Assembly: GCA_963813335.1 (NCBI GenBank)
Contig: CAWEYL010000001.1
Span: 928,001 to 992,000, forward strand
Source of the DNA: an uncultured Chloroflexia bacterium
Lineage (GTDB): Bacteria > Chloroflexota > Limnocylindria > Limnocylindrales > CSP1-4
Length of the DNA stretch: 64,000 nucleotides
Direction of reading: 5' to 3'
Each line of letters starts with the position of its first letter. The first letter of the stretch is position 1. The position numbers and the translations under genes are program-made. The notes beneath the pieces were generated by a model. It saw nothing but the letters and a program-made list of their open reading frames with translations, was not told the origin of the DNA and did not search any database. Shown here one piece after another: positions 40,010 to 48,785 of the stretch.

Positions 40010-41590
40010 TCAGCGAGCCAGTGCCGCGGCGCGACGGGCGTCGGGCGCCCGGAACCAGGCGGCCTCGTCGAGATGTGGCTCGGCGACCACGGCATCGCCG
40101 GCGAGGTCGGCGATGGTCCGGGCGACGCGCAGCAGCCGTTCCGTCCCGCGTGCGCTCGCCTCTTCGAGCTCCGCCAGTCGCACGACGTGCCGTTCGGCCG
40201 CCGCGTCCAGGGCACAGGCCGCTCGGAGCGCCCGGCCCGTGAGGCGCCCGTTGAGCCGGACCCCGTCCGCTGGCGACAGGCGCGCGGCCGCGACGTCCCG
40301 GGCCGCGGCGATCCGCGCCGCGACCGTCGCCGAGCCCTCCGAGCCTGCCTCGCCGACGACCGCGCCGGGCGCGACGCGCGGCATCTCGACCCACAGGTCG
40401 ATCCGGTCGCGCAGCGGCCCCGACACCTTCCGCTGGTAGCGCTCGACGACCCCCTCCGGGCATGGACACCCGCGGTCCGAACCGAAGAAGCCGCACGGGC
40501 ACGGGTTCATCGCGGCGATGAGCTGGAACCGTGCAGGGAACGTCGTCGCGCGACCCGCCCGGGCGATCGCGACGCGGCCCTCCTCCAGCGGCTGCCGGAG
40601 CGACTCGAGGACGTCGCGGTCGAACTCGGGCAGCTCGTCGAGGAAGAGCACGCCGTGGTCCGCCCGCGTGATCTCGCCGGGCGACAGACGCGGCCCGCCG
40701 CCGACCATCGCCGCGTAGGACGTGGTGTGATGCGGGCTGCGGAACGGCGGCCGGCGGACCAGGCCGGTCATCGGCCCCTCGCCGGCGGCCGAGGCCACGA
40801 TGGTGACCGACAGCGCGGCCTCGTCGGCGAGAGGCGGCAGCAGGCTCGGTACGGTGCTCGCCAGGAGGGTCTTGCCGGAACCCGGCGGGCCGATGAGCAG
40901 CAGGCCGTGTCCGCCGGCGAGCGCGATCTCCAGGGCCCGCCTGCCCCCGGGCTGGCCGCGGACGTCGGCGAGGTCCGGAAGCCGCCTGGCGGCCGGTGGC
41001 GTGGCCGCGGCCGGGCCCGCGAACGGGCGCCCATCGCCCTCGAGCCCCACCCGCGGTGCGCTCGCCGGCACGGACCGCGACCGCGGCGAACGCACCAGCT
41101 CGACCACGTCGCTGAGCGTGTCGACCGGCAGGACCTCGACGCCGTCGACCAGCCCGGCCTCGACGGCCGCCGCGCGGGCGACCGCCACCTTGCGCACGCC
41201 GCGCCGGGCCATGGCCGCCACCATCGGCAGGATCCCTGGCACGGGCTGGACCTCGCCGCCGAGCGACAGCTCGCCCAGCAGCCCGATCCGGCCCCGGCCT
41301 GGCCGCACCTGCTCCGAGCCGAGCAGGATGCCGATGGCCATGGCGACATCGAGCGAGGCCCCCGCCTTGCGGAGGTCCGCCGGGGCCAGGTTGACCGTGA
41401 TCCGCCGCGGCGGGTAGCCGAACCCGGCGTTGCGGAGGGCTCCGCGGATGCGCTCGCGGGCCTCCTGCAGGGCGGCGTCGGCGAGGCCGACGATGGTGAA
41501 GCCGGGCAGGCCCGTGGCGACGTCGACCTCGACCCGGATGTATCGGCCGTCGATGCCGAGCAGGGTGGCGGACGGGACGGTCGCAAGCAC
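40010..41590 (-). CDS. comM: YifB/ComM family Mg-chelatase-like AAA+ ATPase
   Basis: ITVNLAPAD, GELSLGG, GPPGSGKT, PFRSPHH, LFLDELPEF, AAMNPCPCG, SGPLRDRID, RVARTIADL. Confidence 0.93.
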   Translation of the reverse strand: MLATVPSATLLGIDGRYIRVEVDVATGLPGFTIVGLADAALQEARERIRGALRNAGFGYPPRRITVNLAPADLRKAGASLDVAMAIGILLGSEQVRPGRGRIGLLGELSLGGEVQPVPGILPMVAAMARRGVRKVAVARAAAVEAGLVDGVEVLPVDTLSDVVELVRSPRSRSVPASAPRVGLEGDGRPFAGPAAATPPAARRLPDLADVRGQPGGRRALEIALAGGHGLLLIGPPGSGKTLLASTVPSLLPPLADEAALSVTIVASAAGEGPMTGLVRRPPFRSPHHTTSYAAMVGGGPRLSPGEITRADHGVLFLDELPEFDRDVLESLRQPLEEGRVAIARAGRATTFPARFQLIAAMNPCPCGFFGSDRGCPCPEGVVERYQRKVSGPLRDRIDLWVEMPRVAPGAVVGEAGSEGSATVAARIAAARDVAAARLSPADGVRLNGRLTGRALRAACALDAAAERHVVRLAELEEASARGTERLLRVARTIADLAGDAVVAEPHLDEAAWFRAPDARRAAALAR

Positions 41591-41612
41591 GCCGCCACCC
41601 TACGGAGCGGCG

Positions 41613-41651
41613 CTCACCGCCCGCTCACCCGGGTCTCACCCGCCGCTCATC
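41613..41651 (-). promoter_or_regulatory. Four direct repeats (G[GA]TGAG) at exact 11-bp period upstream of the comM -10 box
   Basis: CTCACC at 41613, 41624, 41635 and CTCATC at 41646 on the + strand; TAGGGT -10 at 41597-41602. Confidence 0.65.
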
Positions 41652-41669
41652 GGCGGCGCGGCAAGGGAT

Positions 41670-42842
41670 CTAGGCGCGCGCCGGCACCGCGCCCGTCGCC
41701 GGGACGCCCGCCGGCTTGTCCACCGCGCGGGCGAACTGCAGCAGCGACGAGCCCAGCGGCGAGTCCGCCTTCGTGAACATGAAGGGCGAGCCGGAGTTGA
41801 GCGCGCTGATCGCGCCGCGGTACTCGTTGACGACCTGGTGGTCGATGGTCCGCTTCAGGGCACCCTCGGCGTTCTTCACGGCGATGCCGGTGAACGCGTT
41901 CGAGCGGTTGAGGACGAGCTGCACCTTCGACGACGGGTAGCCGAGGTGGTCGACCGTCTCGAGGATCAGCCGGACGTTCTTGAGGCATGACAGGTCCGCG
42001 GTCATGACCACGAAGATCGTGTCGGTCACCTCGAAGACGCCGAGGTTGATGTCATCGAGCCGCTTGTCGATGTCGATGAGGATGTAGTCGTACGACATCT
42101 GGAGCTGCTCGGCGATGAACGGCAGGTGCTCCGGCCGGACGAGCTCCGCGGCCTCCGGGTTCGGCGGCGCGAGGAGGAGGTCGATGCCCGATTCGTGCTT
42201 GACCAGGATCTGCCTGATCAGGTCGCCGTCGATGGACGGGGCGCTCACGACGTCGACGACGCTCTTGCGGTCGAGCCCGAGGTCGAGGAAGACGCGGTGG
42301 TCGCCGAACTGCAGGTTGCCGTCGATGAGGCAGACCTTCCGCCCGAGCTCGCGGTGCAGCGCGATCGCCGAGTTGATCGCGATGGTGGTGGTGCCCACGC
42401 CGCCCTTGGCGCCGTAGAACGCCAGGATCCGCCCCAGCGGCGGCCGCGCCAGCAGGACGTCGCGCGGCGCGAACCGCGCCAGCAGGCTCTTGATGCGGGC
42501 CAGCAGCTCGGCCGGGTGGAACGGCTTGATCAGGTAGTCATCGGCGCCCGCGCGGAGGCCCTTGACCTTCTGCTCGACCTCGCGCTCGGCGGTCAGCATG
42601 ATGATGGGGACGTGGGCCGACTGGCCCTCCTCGGTCCGGATCTTCGTCGCGACCTGGTAGCCGTCCAGCTTGGGCAGCATCACGTCGAGCAGGATCAGGT
42701 CCGGCCCCTCGGCGCCCCACAGCCGGAACCCTTCCGCGCCGTCCGCCGCGACGACGACGTCGTAGCCCTCCTGCTTCAGGGTGTACTGCAGGAGCCGCTG
42801 GACATTCGGGTCGTCGTCGACGATGAGGATCTTGGCCGCCAT
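41670..42842 (-). CDS. Receiver domain + MinD/ParA-like ATPase (CpaE/TadZ-like pilus assembly protein)
   Basis: Intact REC (IVDDD, LLDVMLP, MLTA, KPF) fused to GAKGGVGTTT, D.NLQFGD, LVLNR; TATAAT promoter and GGAGG Shine-Dalgarno. Confidence 0.85.
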   Translation of the reverse strand: MAAKILIVDDDPNVQRLLQYTLKQEGYDVVVAADGAEGFRLWGAEGPDLILLDVMLPKLDGYQVATKIRTEEGQSAHVPIIMLTAEREVEQKVKGLRAGADDYLIKPFHPAELLARIKSLLARFAPRDVLLARPPLGRILAFYGAKGGVGTTTIAINSAIALHRELGRKVCLIDGNLQFGDHRVFLDLGLDRKSVVDVVSAPSIDGDLIRQILVKHESGIDLLLAPPNPEAAELVRPEHLPFIAEQLQMSYDYILIDIDKRLDDINLGVFEVTDTIFVVMTADLSCLKNVRLILETVDHLGYPSSKVQLVLNRSNAFTGIAVKNAEGALKRTIDHQVVNEYRGAISALNSGSPFMFTKADSPLGSSLLQFARAVDKPAGVPATGAVPARA

Positions 42843-42900
42843 CAGTCCTCCGAGCGTGTGGAGCGTTGCAGGTCCGCCGGCCTGGGACCCGGCGCCGCGA

Positions 42901-43503
42901 TTATAGGGCGCCGCCTCGGGCGACCGAGGGGACCCCATTCGTCAGGTGCTCGAACGCCAGTCGGCTCCAGGTCTCGAGCCGGTCGGCGACCGCGCGGACG
43001 TCCGCCTCGGGGACGAATCGGCCCTCGAGCTTGTCGGTCTCGCGGATGGCGACGGGTCGCCCGTCCGCGTCCCCGACGAAGACCGCGCCGAGGTGGACCG
43101 CCCCGACGTCGGTCGTGTCGTCGTTGAGCAGGGCGACCATCAGGAAGTCCGGCTCGAAGTCGGCGACGACCTCCTCGCCCCACTCGCGACGGAGCCCGCC
43201 GAGCAGGCCGCCGTCGCCCGGGTTGAGGTGGCCGCCGACGCCGATGCTGTAGCGGTCGTGGAGCCGCGCGTCGGCGCCTGCCCGGGTCCGCCGCATCAGG
43301 AACCAGTCGTCCCCGTCGCGCAGGACCAGGTACGGGATCACCTGCTTCCACGACGGGTCGACCTCCATCGCGGCCCGCGGCTGGTAGCGGCCCTCGCGCT
43401 CGACCAGCAGCTCGAAGCCGTCGAGGCCGGCCGTCGTCAGCCCGTACCAGGCGGCCCCGTCCGGCAGCGCCGAGCGCGGCAGCACGAGCACGAGCTCATC
43501 CAT
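42901..43503 (-). CDS. Predicted NUDIX-family phosphoesterase
   Basis: EVDPSWKQVIPY, SIGVGGHLN, GLRREWGEE, NDD...VGAVHLG, LETWS. Confidence 0.82.
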   Translation of the reverse strand: MDELVLVLPRSALPDGAAWYGLTTAGLDGFELLVEREGRYQPRAAMEVDPSWKQVIPYLVLRDGDDWFLMRRTRAGADARLHDRYSIGVGGHLNPGDGGLLGGLRREWGEEVVADFEPDFLMVALLNDDTTDVGAVHLGAVFVGDADGRPVAIRETDKLEGRFVPEADVRAVADRLETWSRLAFEHLTNGVPSVARGGAL

Positions 43504-44380
43504 CCGGCAGTTCCTCAAGGCGCTCGCGCGCGGCGCGCAGCCGTTCGGCGAGCGCCGCCTCGTCCGGGCCGCCGGGCCGCTCGAGGGCGGCCAGCCACTC
43601 GTCGATCGCGCCCCGCAGGTCGCGCAACCGGGCGGCGATCGCCGGACCGTTCGTGGCCAGGATGCCGGCGCCCATCGCGGCATCCCCACGGGCCAGCCGC
43701 GTCATGTCGCGCCAGCCACCGGCCGCCAGCGCGGCCGCGACCGGCCAGTCCGCCCGTGGCTCGCCGGCCGGCCCACCCACGGCCTCGACCAGCGCCGCGG
43801 CGAGGACCAGCGGCAGGTGGCTGACCGCGGCGACGGCCGCGTCGTGCGCGGCGGCGTCCATCACGACGGGTCGCGCGCCGCAGGACCGCGCGAGCGCGGC
43901 GACCGCCTCGGCGTCCCCGGCGCGGGCGCTCGCGCCCGGCACGATGACCCATGGCCGCTCGACGAACAGCCCGGGCGTCGATGCCTCGTAGCCGGCGGCT
44001 TCGAGACCCGCCATCGGGTGGCCGCCGACGAACCTGGACCCGAGCGCGTCGGCCCGTGCGACCAGCGCGACCTTGGTGCTTGCCACGTCGGTGATCAGGG
44101 CGTCGGGAGCCAGCGCTCCCGCCCACGGACCAGCCAGGCCGTCGAGCAGCTCCAGGCAGGCCGTGGCAGGGCCGCCGAGGACCACCAGGTCGGCGCCCTC
44201 GAGGGCGGTCGGCACGTCGGCAGCGGCCCGGTCGATCACGCCATCCGCCACGGCCCGGGCCGGCCCCCGGCCGGACGGGCTCCACGCGGCCTGCGTCCAG
44301 CCTGCCGCAGCGGGCGAGGCCCGCAGGGCGCGCGCCAGCGACCCGTTGATCAGCCCGAAGCCCAGGAAGGCGATCCGCAC
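43496..44380 (-). CDS. tyrA: Prephenate/arogenate dehydrogenase
   Basis: GFGLINGSLA, TDVASTK, FVGGHPMAG, HD...A.VSHLP, GWRDMTRLA. Confidence 0.9.
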   Translation of the reverse strand: MRIAFLGFGLINGSLARALRASPAAAGWTQAAWSPSGRGPARAVADGVIDRAAADVPTALEGADLVVLGGPATACLELLDGLAGPWAGALAPDALITDVASTKVALVARADALGSRFVGGHPMAGLEAAGYEASTPGLFVERPWVIVPGASARAGDAEAVAALARSCGARPVVMDAAAHDAAVAAVSHLPLVLAAALVEAVGGPAGEPRADWPVAAALAAGGWRDMTRLARGDAAMGAGILATNGPAIAARLRDLRGAIDEWLAALERPGGPDEAALAERLRAARERLEELPDG

Positions 44381-44399
44381 GGGGCCGACCGCGGCCGGG

Positions 44400-44687
44400 T
44401 CAGTCTTTCCAGCCGGTGTTGTCGGCCGTGGACGGACTCGTGGGACCGCCGCCCCGACGTCGATGCTTCCGACGGTCGCCCTCGCGCCGCTCCGCCTCGC
44501 CTTCGGGCGGGCCGGGGTCGTCTGGCGGGTTCTGGCGGCGGATCACCTTCCGTTGCTCGTTGTCGCGCCGTTCGTCACGGAGGTTGGCGCCGCAGCGCGG
44601 ACACCGCCGCTCCTCGGCGAACAGCGCCTCGAGCGGCGCTGTCGTGTAGATCTGCCGGCCGCACGACCAGCACGCGAGGCGTGGCAT
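44400..44687 (-). CDS. Small zinc-ribbon protein with Arg-rich ERR/DRR repeats
   Basis: CWSCG..CPRCG; ATG directly abuts the trpB2 stop. Confidence 0.75.
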   Translation of the reverse strand: MPRLACWSCGRQIYTTAPLEALFAEERRCPRCGANLRDERRDNEQRKVIRRQNPPDDPGPPEGEAERREGDRRKHRRRGGGPTSPSTADNTGWKD

Positions 44688-46058
44688 CTAGATGTTCGGC
44701 AGGCCGGCCAGCGCGGCCTTGACCTTCTCCATGGGGTACTCGTAGTCCTCCAGCGTCCCGTCGAGGTAGCGGGCGTAGGCCGACAGGTCGAAATGCCCGT
44801 GGCCGCACAGGTTGAACAGGATCACCCGGGCCTCGCCCGCTTCCCTCGCCGCGAGGGCCTCGTCGATCGCGACGCTGATCGCGTGGGTCGGTTCGGGCGC
44901 CGGGAGGATCCCCTCCGCGCGGGCGAACTGGACCCCGGCTTCGAATGTGCGCCGCTGGTGGACGCTGCGGGCCTCGATGAGGTCGTTCTCCTTGAGGAGG
45001 CTGACCAGCGGCGACATGCCGTGGTAGCGCAGCCCGCCGGCGTGGATCGGCTCGGGCATGAAGTCCGAGCCGAGGGTGTGCATCTTGACGATCGGCGCCA
45101 TCTTCCCGGTGTCGCCGAAGTCGTAGGCGTAAACGCCGCGGGTCAGGCTCGGCGCGGCCTCGGGCTCGGCGGCGATGACCCGGTACCTGGTTCCGTCGCG
45201 GAAGTTGCGACCGAGGAACGGGAAGGTCAGCCCGCCGAAGTTCGACCCGCCGCCGGTGCAGGCGATGACGACGTCGGGCTCCTCGCCGGCCATGCCCATC
45301 TGCTCCATGGCCTCCTGGCCGACCACCGTTTGGTGCAGCAGGACGTGGTTGAGCACGGACCCCAGGGCGTACTTCGTGTCGTCGCGGGTCGCGGCGTCCT
45401 CGACGGCCTCGCTGATGGCCATCCCGAGGGAGCCCGGGCTGTCGGGCGTCTCGTTGAGGACCGCGCGACCGTAGTTGGTCCCGAGCGACGGGCTGGCGAC
45501 GACCTCGGCGCCGTAGGTCTCCATCAGGATCCGGCGGTACGGCTTCTGGTCATAGGAGGCGCGCACCATGTAGACCTTGACCTCGAGGCCGAAGATCGCG
45601 CCGGCGAACGCCAGGGCGCTCCCCCACTGTCCCGCGCCGGTCTCGGTCGCCAGGCGCTTGACGCCCTCCTCCCGGTTGTAGAACGCCTGCGGGATCGCCG
45701 TGTTGGGCTTGTGGCTGCCGGCCGGGCTGCCGCCCTCGTACTTGTAGTAGATGTGTGCCGGCGTATCGAGGGCCCTCTCCAGCCGGTGGGCGCGGTACAT
45801 CGGGCTCGGGCGGTACAGGCGATACGCGTCGCGCACCTCGTCGGGGATCTCGATGTAGCGCTCCGCCGAGACCTCCTGGCCGATCAGCGCCATCGGGAAG
45901 AGCGGGGCGAGGTCGGCTGGTCCGAGCGGCTGGTGCGTGGCCGGGTGGAGCGGCGGGAAGGGTGCGACCGGGAGGTCGGCCGCGATGTTGTACCAGGCAC
46001 GCGGGATGCGCGACTCATCGAGCACGAACTTGGTCTGCCGCGGATCCGCTGGCGCCAT
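44688..46058 (-). CDS. trpB2: TrpB-like PLP enzyme (TrpB2)
   Basis: WYNI, YYKYEG.SPAGSHKPN, TETGAGQWG, GGGSN, HAGGLRYHG, CGHGHFD; AGGAGG Shine-Dalgarno. Confidence 0.95.
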   Translation of the reverse strand: MAPADPRQTKFVLDESRIPRAWYNIAADLPVAPFPPLHPATHQPLGPADLAPLFPMALIGQEVSAERYIEIPDEVRDAYRLYRPSPMYRAHRLERALDTPAHIYYKYEGGSPAGSHKPNTAIPQAFYNREEGVKRLATETGAGQWGSALAFAGAIFGLEVKVYMVRASYDQKPYRRILMETYGAEVVASPSLGTNYGRAVLNETPDSPGSLGMAISEAVEDAATRDDTKYALGSVLNHVLLHQTVVGQEAMEQMGMAGEEPDVVIACTGGGSNFGGLTFPFLGRNFRDGTRYRVIAAEPEAAPSLTRGVYAYDFGDTGKMAPIVKMHTLGSDFMPEPIHAGGLRYHGMSPLVSLLKENDLIEARSVHQRRTFEAGVQFARAEGILPAPEPTHAISVAIDEALAAREAGEARVILFNLCGHGHFDLSAYARYLDGTLEDYEYPMEKVKAALAGLPNI

Positions 46059-46185
46059 GTCGACCTCCTGGGTCCGGGACCGCGGCGGCGGGGAGACGGC
46101 GCGCCGGGACCGGGGGCCTGAGCCTAGCGTGCGCGATGGGCGTGGCGCAACCGGTCGGCGCAGTCTGCGTGGCGGGCGCGCGCCA

Positions 46186-46827
46186 TCAGCCGCCGAGCGC
46201 CACGATCGTGAGCGGTTCGTAGCGGGCCGGCCCGCCGCCGGTGAGGCTCTCGAAGAGGCCGATCCGCTCGACCTGGAAGCGGACGCGGAGCTCGGGGGCA
46301 CGCGCCATCAGCCGGCCCGCGATGGCCGCGCCGGCCGGGACGCCATCGGACCGGGCGAGGGTCAGGTGTGGCCGGAACGGCCGGTCGTCGGCGGCCCAGC
46401 CGCGCTCGACAAGGGCGGCGTCGACGGCGCGCGAGGCAGCTTCCATGCCGGCGACCCCCTCGTCCACGCCCAGCCACAGGGCACGAGGACGCTGCGGCGT
46501 CGGGAACGCGCCGGCCCCGTTGATGCCGACCTCGAACGGCTCGAGCGTCCGCGCCGCGGCCCGCACCGCGTCCTCGGCCGGCGCGACGCGCTCGGGTGGC
46601 GTCGGTCCGATGAAGCGCAGGGTCAGGTGCAGCCCGTCGAGGCGGACCCAGCGGACGTCGCGGCCGCCGCCCGGGACCCCGAGCGCCCGGACGGCGTCGA
46701 CGAGGGCGACCACCGGCTCCACGGCGGCATCCGGGAACGGGACCGCGATGAACAGGCGCCGGCCGGGCTCTCCCTCGCCGGGGTACCTCGGCCGGCGCGG
46801 CGCGGCCGTGCCGCCCTCGCCTGTCAC
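46186..46827 (-). CDS. thpR: RNA 2',3'-cyclic phosphodiesterase (2H family)
   Basis: RLFIAV and two HxT motifs (LHLTLRF, PHLTLAR). Confidence 0.9.
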   Translation of the reverse strand: MTGEGGTAAPRRPRYPGEGEPGRRLFIAVPFPDAAVEPVVALVDAVRALGVPGGGRDVRWVRLDGLHLTLRFIGPTPPERVAPAEDAVRAAARTLEPFEVGINGAGAFPTPQRPRALWLGVDEGVAGMEAASRAVDAALVERGWAADDRPFRPHLTLARSDGVPAGAAIAGRLMARAPELRVRFQVERIGLFESLTGGGPARYEPLTIVALGG

Positions 46828-47348
46828 GTCGACGGCGTCGCGGCGTGCTCGCGTTGCCAGGTCGCCCGGTCCGTGCGCAGGACCTCGAGCGCCCGCTCAC
46901 GCTCGCGCCAGCCGAGCATCTCGACGGTCTTGTCCTCGAGCGCCTTGTAGGTCTCGAAGAAGTGCTCGATCTCCACCAGGCGGTGCGGCCGGATCTGGTC
47001 GAGCCCCTCGATGTGCTGCTGGTGGGCATCGCCGATCGCCACGCACAGGACCTTGAAGTCGAAGCCCTTCTCGTCGCGCATCTCGAGGCCGCCCACGGGT
47101 CGGGCCCAGACGTGGCAGCCCGTGAACGTCGGCTCGTCGATGATCAGCAGCGCGTCCGTGTGGTCGCCGTCACCGGCGCGCGTGTCCTCGATGAAGCCGT
47201 AGTCGAAGTTGTAGAAGACCGCGCTCGAGAGGACGCGGTCCAGCCGGTAGACCCCGGCCTCCTCGTCGTACTCGTACTTGTTGCGCGACCCGCGCGGGAT
47301 CTCGACCACGATCTCGACGACGTCAGGGAACGCCCCAGGGCTCTTCAC
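46824..47348 (-). CDS. ppa: Inorganic pyrophosphatase (family I)
   Basis: EIPRGSRNKYE, LDRVL, YGFI..T..GDGD..D, HFFETYK. Confidence 0.93.
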   Translation of the reverse strand: MKSPGAFPDVVEIVVEIPRGSRNKYEYDEEAGVYRLDRVLSSAVFYNFDYGFIEDTRAGDGDHTDALLIIDEPTFTGCHVWARPVGGLEMRDEKGFDFKVLCVAIGDAHQQHIEGLDQIRPHRLVEIEHFFETYKALEDKTVEMLGWRERERALEVLRTDRATWQREHAATPST

Positions 47349-47450
47349 CCGCGCAGTCTATCCCGGGCGACCGCGACGGTCCGCGACGGCCCCAGGCCAG
47401 GATGATGGTTCGCGCTGGCGCGTCGTCTCGCGGCTCCGACGAACCGCCTC

Positions 47451-47570
47451 GCGGCGGCGGAGCCGGTGCGAGCGCAAGGCGGAGCAGGAGCACCGCAGCG
47501 AGCGCACCTGAAGGTGCGAGAGCGAGGAGCGCAGCCGACAACGCCGCGATCGCGCCGGATCAGCCGCCGC
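47451..47570. repeat. 120-bp symmetric REP/MITE-like intergenic element
   Basis: 21-bp imperfect terminal inverted repeats (18/21 match) and a central hairpin CGCACCT-GA-AGGTGCG exactly at the midpoint. Confidence 0.6.
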
Positions 47571-47587
47571 CGAAGATGGTGCCGCGA

Positions 47588-48673
47588 CTAGTCGTTGTAG
47601 AGCCGCTCTTCGATCAGCTTCTCCTGGACCGTGCGCCCATTCGGATCGAAGCACGAGTACTCGAAATGCTTCTCGTATTCGAGGTCCACGTTGTCCTGGC
47701 CGCCGCGGTTCTTCTCGACCGAGATCACGACCCAGTCGCGGAAGCGCTGCGCCTGGTACGGGTTGAACTCGATGTTGACCTTGGCGACGATGTGGTACTT
47801 CTCGTTGAGGATGACGATGATGTCCGCCTCGTAGTTGATCGCCGAGCTGCCGCGCAGGTGGAAGTTGCGCAGGCGCGAGGCCTTCAGCCCTTCCTTGTCG
47901 GCGGCGACGATGCTCACCATCGGCACGTCCTCGGCCAGGGCGATGTCCTTGAGGCCGTTGACGATGAACGTCACCTTCTCGGTCTCGTTCTCCGGCTCGG
48001 GGATCTGCGGGACCTTCTGGAGGTAGTCCACGAAGACCACCAGGCGGCGGTCGCCGGACAGCTCGCGGTGCTGCTGGACGAGCTTGCGCATGTTGTCGAT
48101 CGTGCCGGCGGTCTGGGAGCCGCGCATCAGGAACAGGTTCTGCCCGTAGCGGGCGATGCGGTCGAGCGAGGGGCGCAGGCGGGGGTTGTTGGCCAGCTGC
48201 GCGCCGCCGCCGCCCTCGGCCATCCACGTCCCGAGGATCTCCTTGCGGACGTCGACGATCTTGATGGCGCCGGTCTTGTGCGGGAGGTGCGCCAGCGCGG
48301 ACTCCATCGCGATCAGCCGGTTCAGCAGGTACGGCTCGTCGTGCTCGAAGCAGATGTACAGGACGTTCGCCTGCCCGCCCGAGGCGATGTTGCGGGCCAT
48401 CTGGAGCGCCATCGTGGTCTTGCCCGTGCCCTGGGCTCCGCCGATGAGCAGCAGTTCGCCGGCCCGCAGGCCGCCGCCGATGGTCTTGTCGAGCGGGGTG
48501 AACCCGAGCGGCACCGGCTGGTATTCCGCGACCGCGCCGCCGGTGACCTTGTCGTTCAGGTCGACGAGGACGTCAAGGGCGGAGCGGGGCGACAACTTCC
48601 CGTTGTCGGTGTCCAGGGTCCAGGTCGCCGCCTGCGCTGGAGCAAGGTTCGGATCGGCGGCTTCGGTGCTCAC
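47588..48673 (-). CDS. Stand-alone DnaB-like (SF4/RecA-fold) ATPase lacking the DnaB N-terminal domain
   Basis: GFTPLD...GGL..G.L, Walker A GAQGTGKT, Walker B VFVDYLQ, LRGSSAINYEAD, EKNRGG. Confidence 0.85.
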   Translation of the reverse strand: MSTEAADPNLAPAQAATWTLDTDNGKLSPRSALDVLVDLNDKVTGGAVAEYQPVPLGFTPLDKTIGGGLRAGELLLIGGAQGTGKTTMALQMARNIASGGQANVLYICFEHDEPYLLNRLIAMESALAHLPHKTGAIKIVDVRKEILGTWMAEGGGGAQLANNPRLRPSLDRIARYGQNLFLMRGSQTAGTIDNMRKLVQQHRELSGDRRLVVFVDYLQKVPQIPEPENETEKVTFIVNGLKDIALAEDVPMVSIVAADKEGLKASRLRNFHLRGSSAINYEADIIVILNEKYHIVAKVNIEFNPYQAQRFRDWVVISVEKNRGGQDNVDLEYEKHFEYSCFDPNGRTVQEKLIEERLYND

Positions 48674-48785
48674 GCGGTGCATACCTCCGGGATGGTGCGG
48701 TGGCGCACAGGGTAGCACTCGGAACCCCCCGATTCACCCACCCGGACCCCCCACGTCCGCACATGGGGCCGCGAACCGACCGCCC

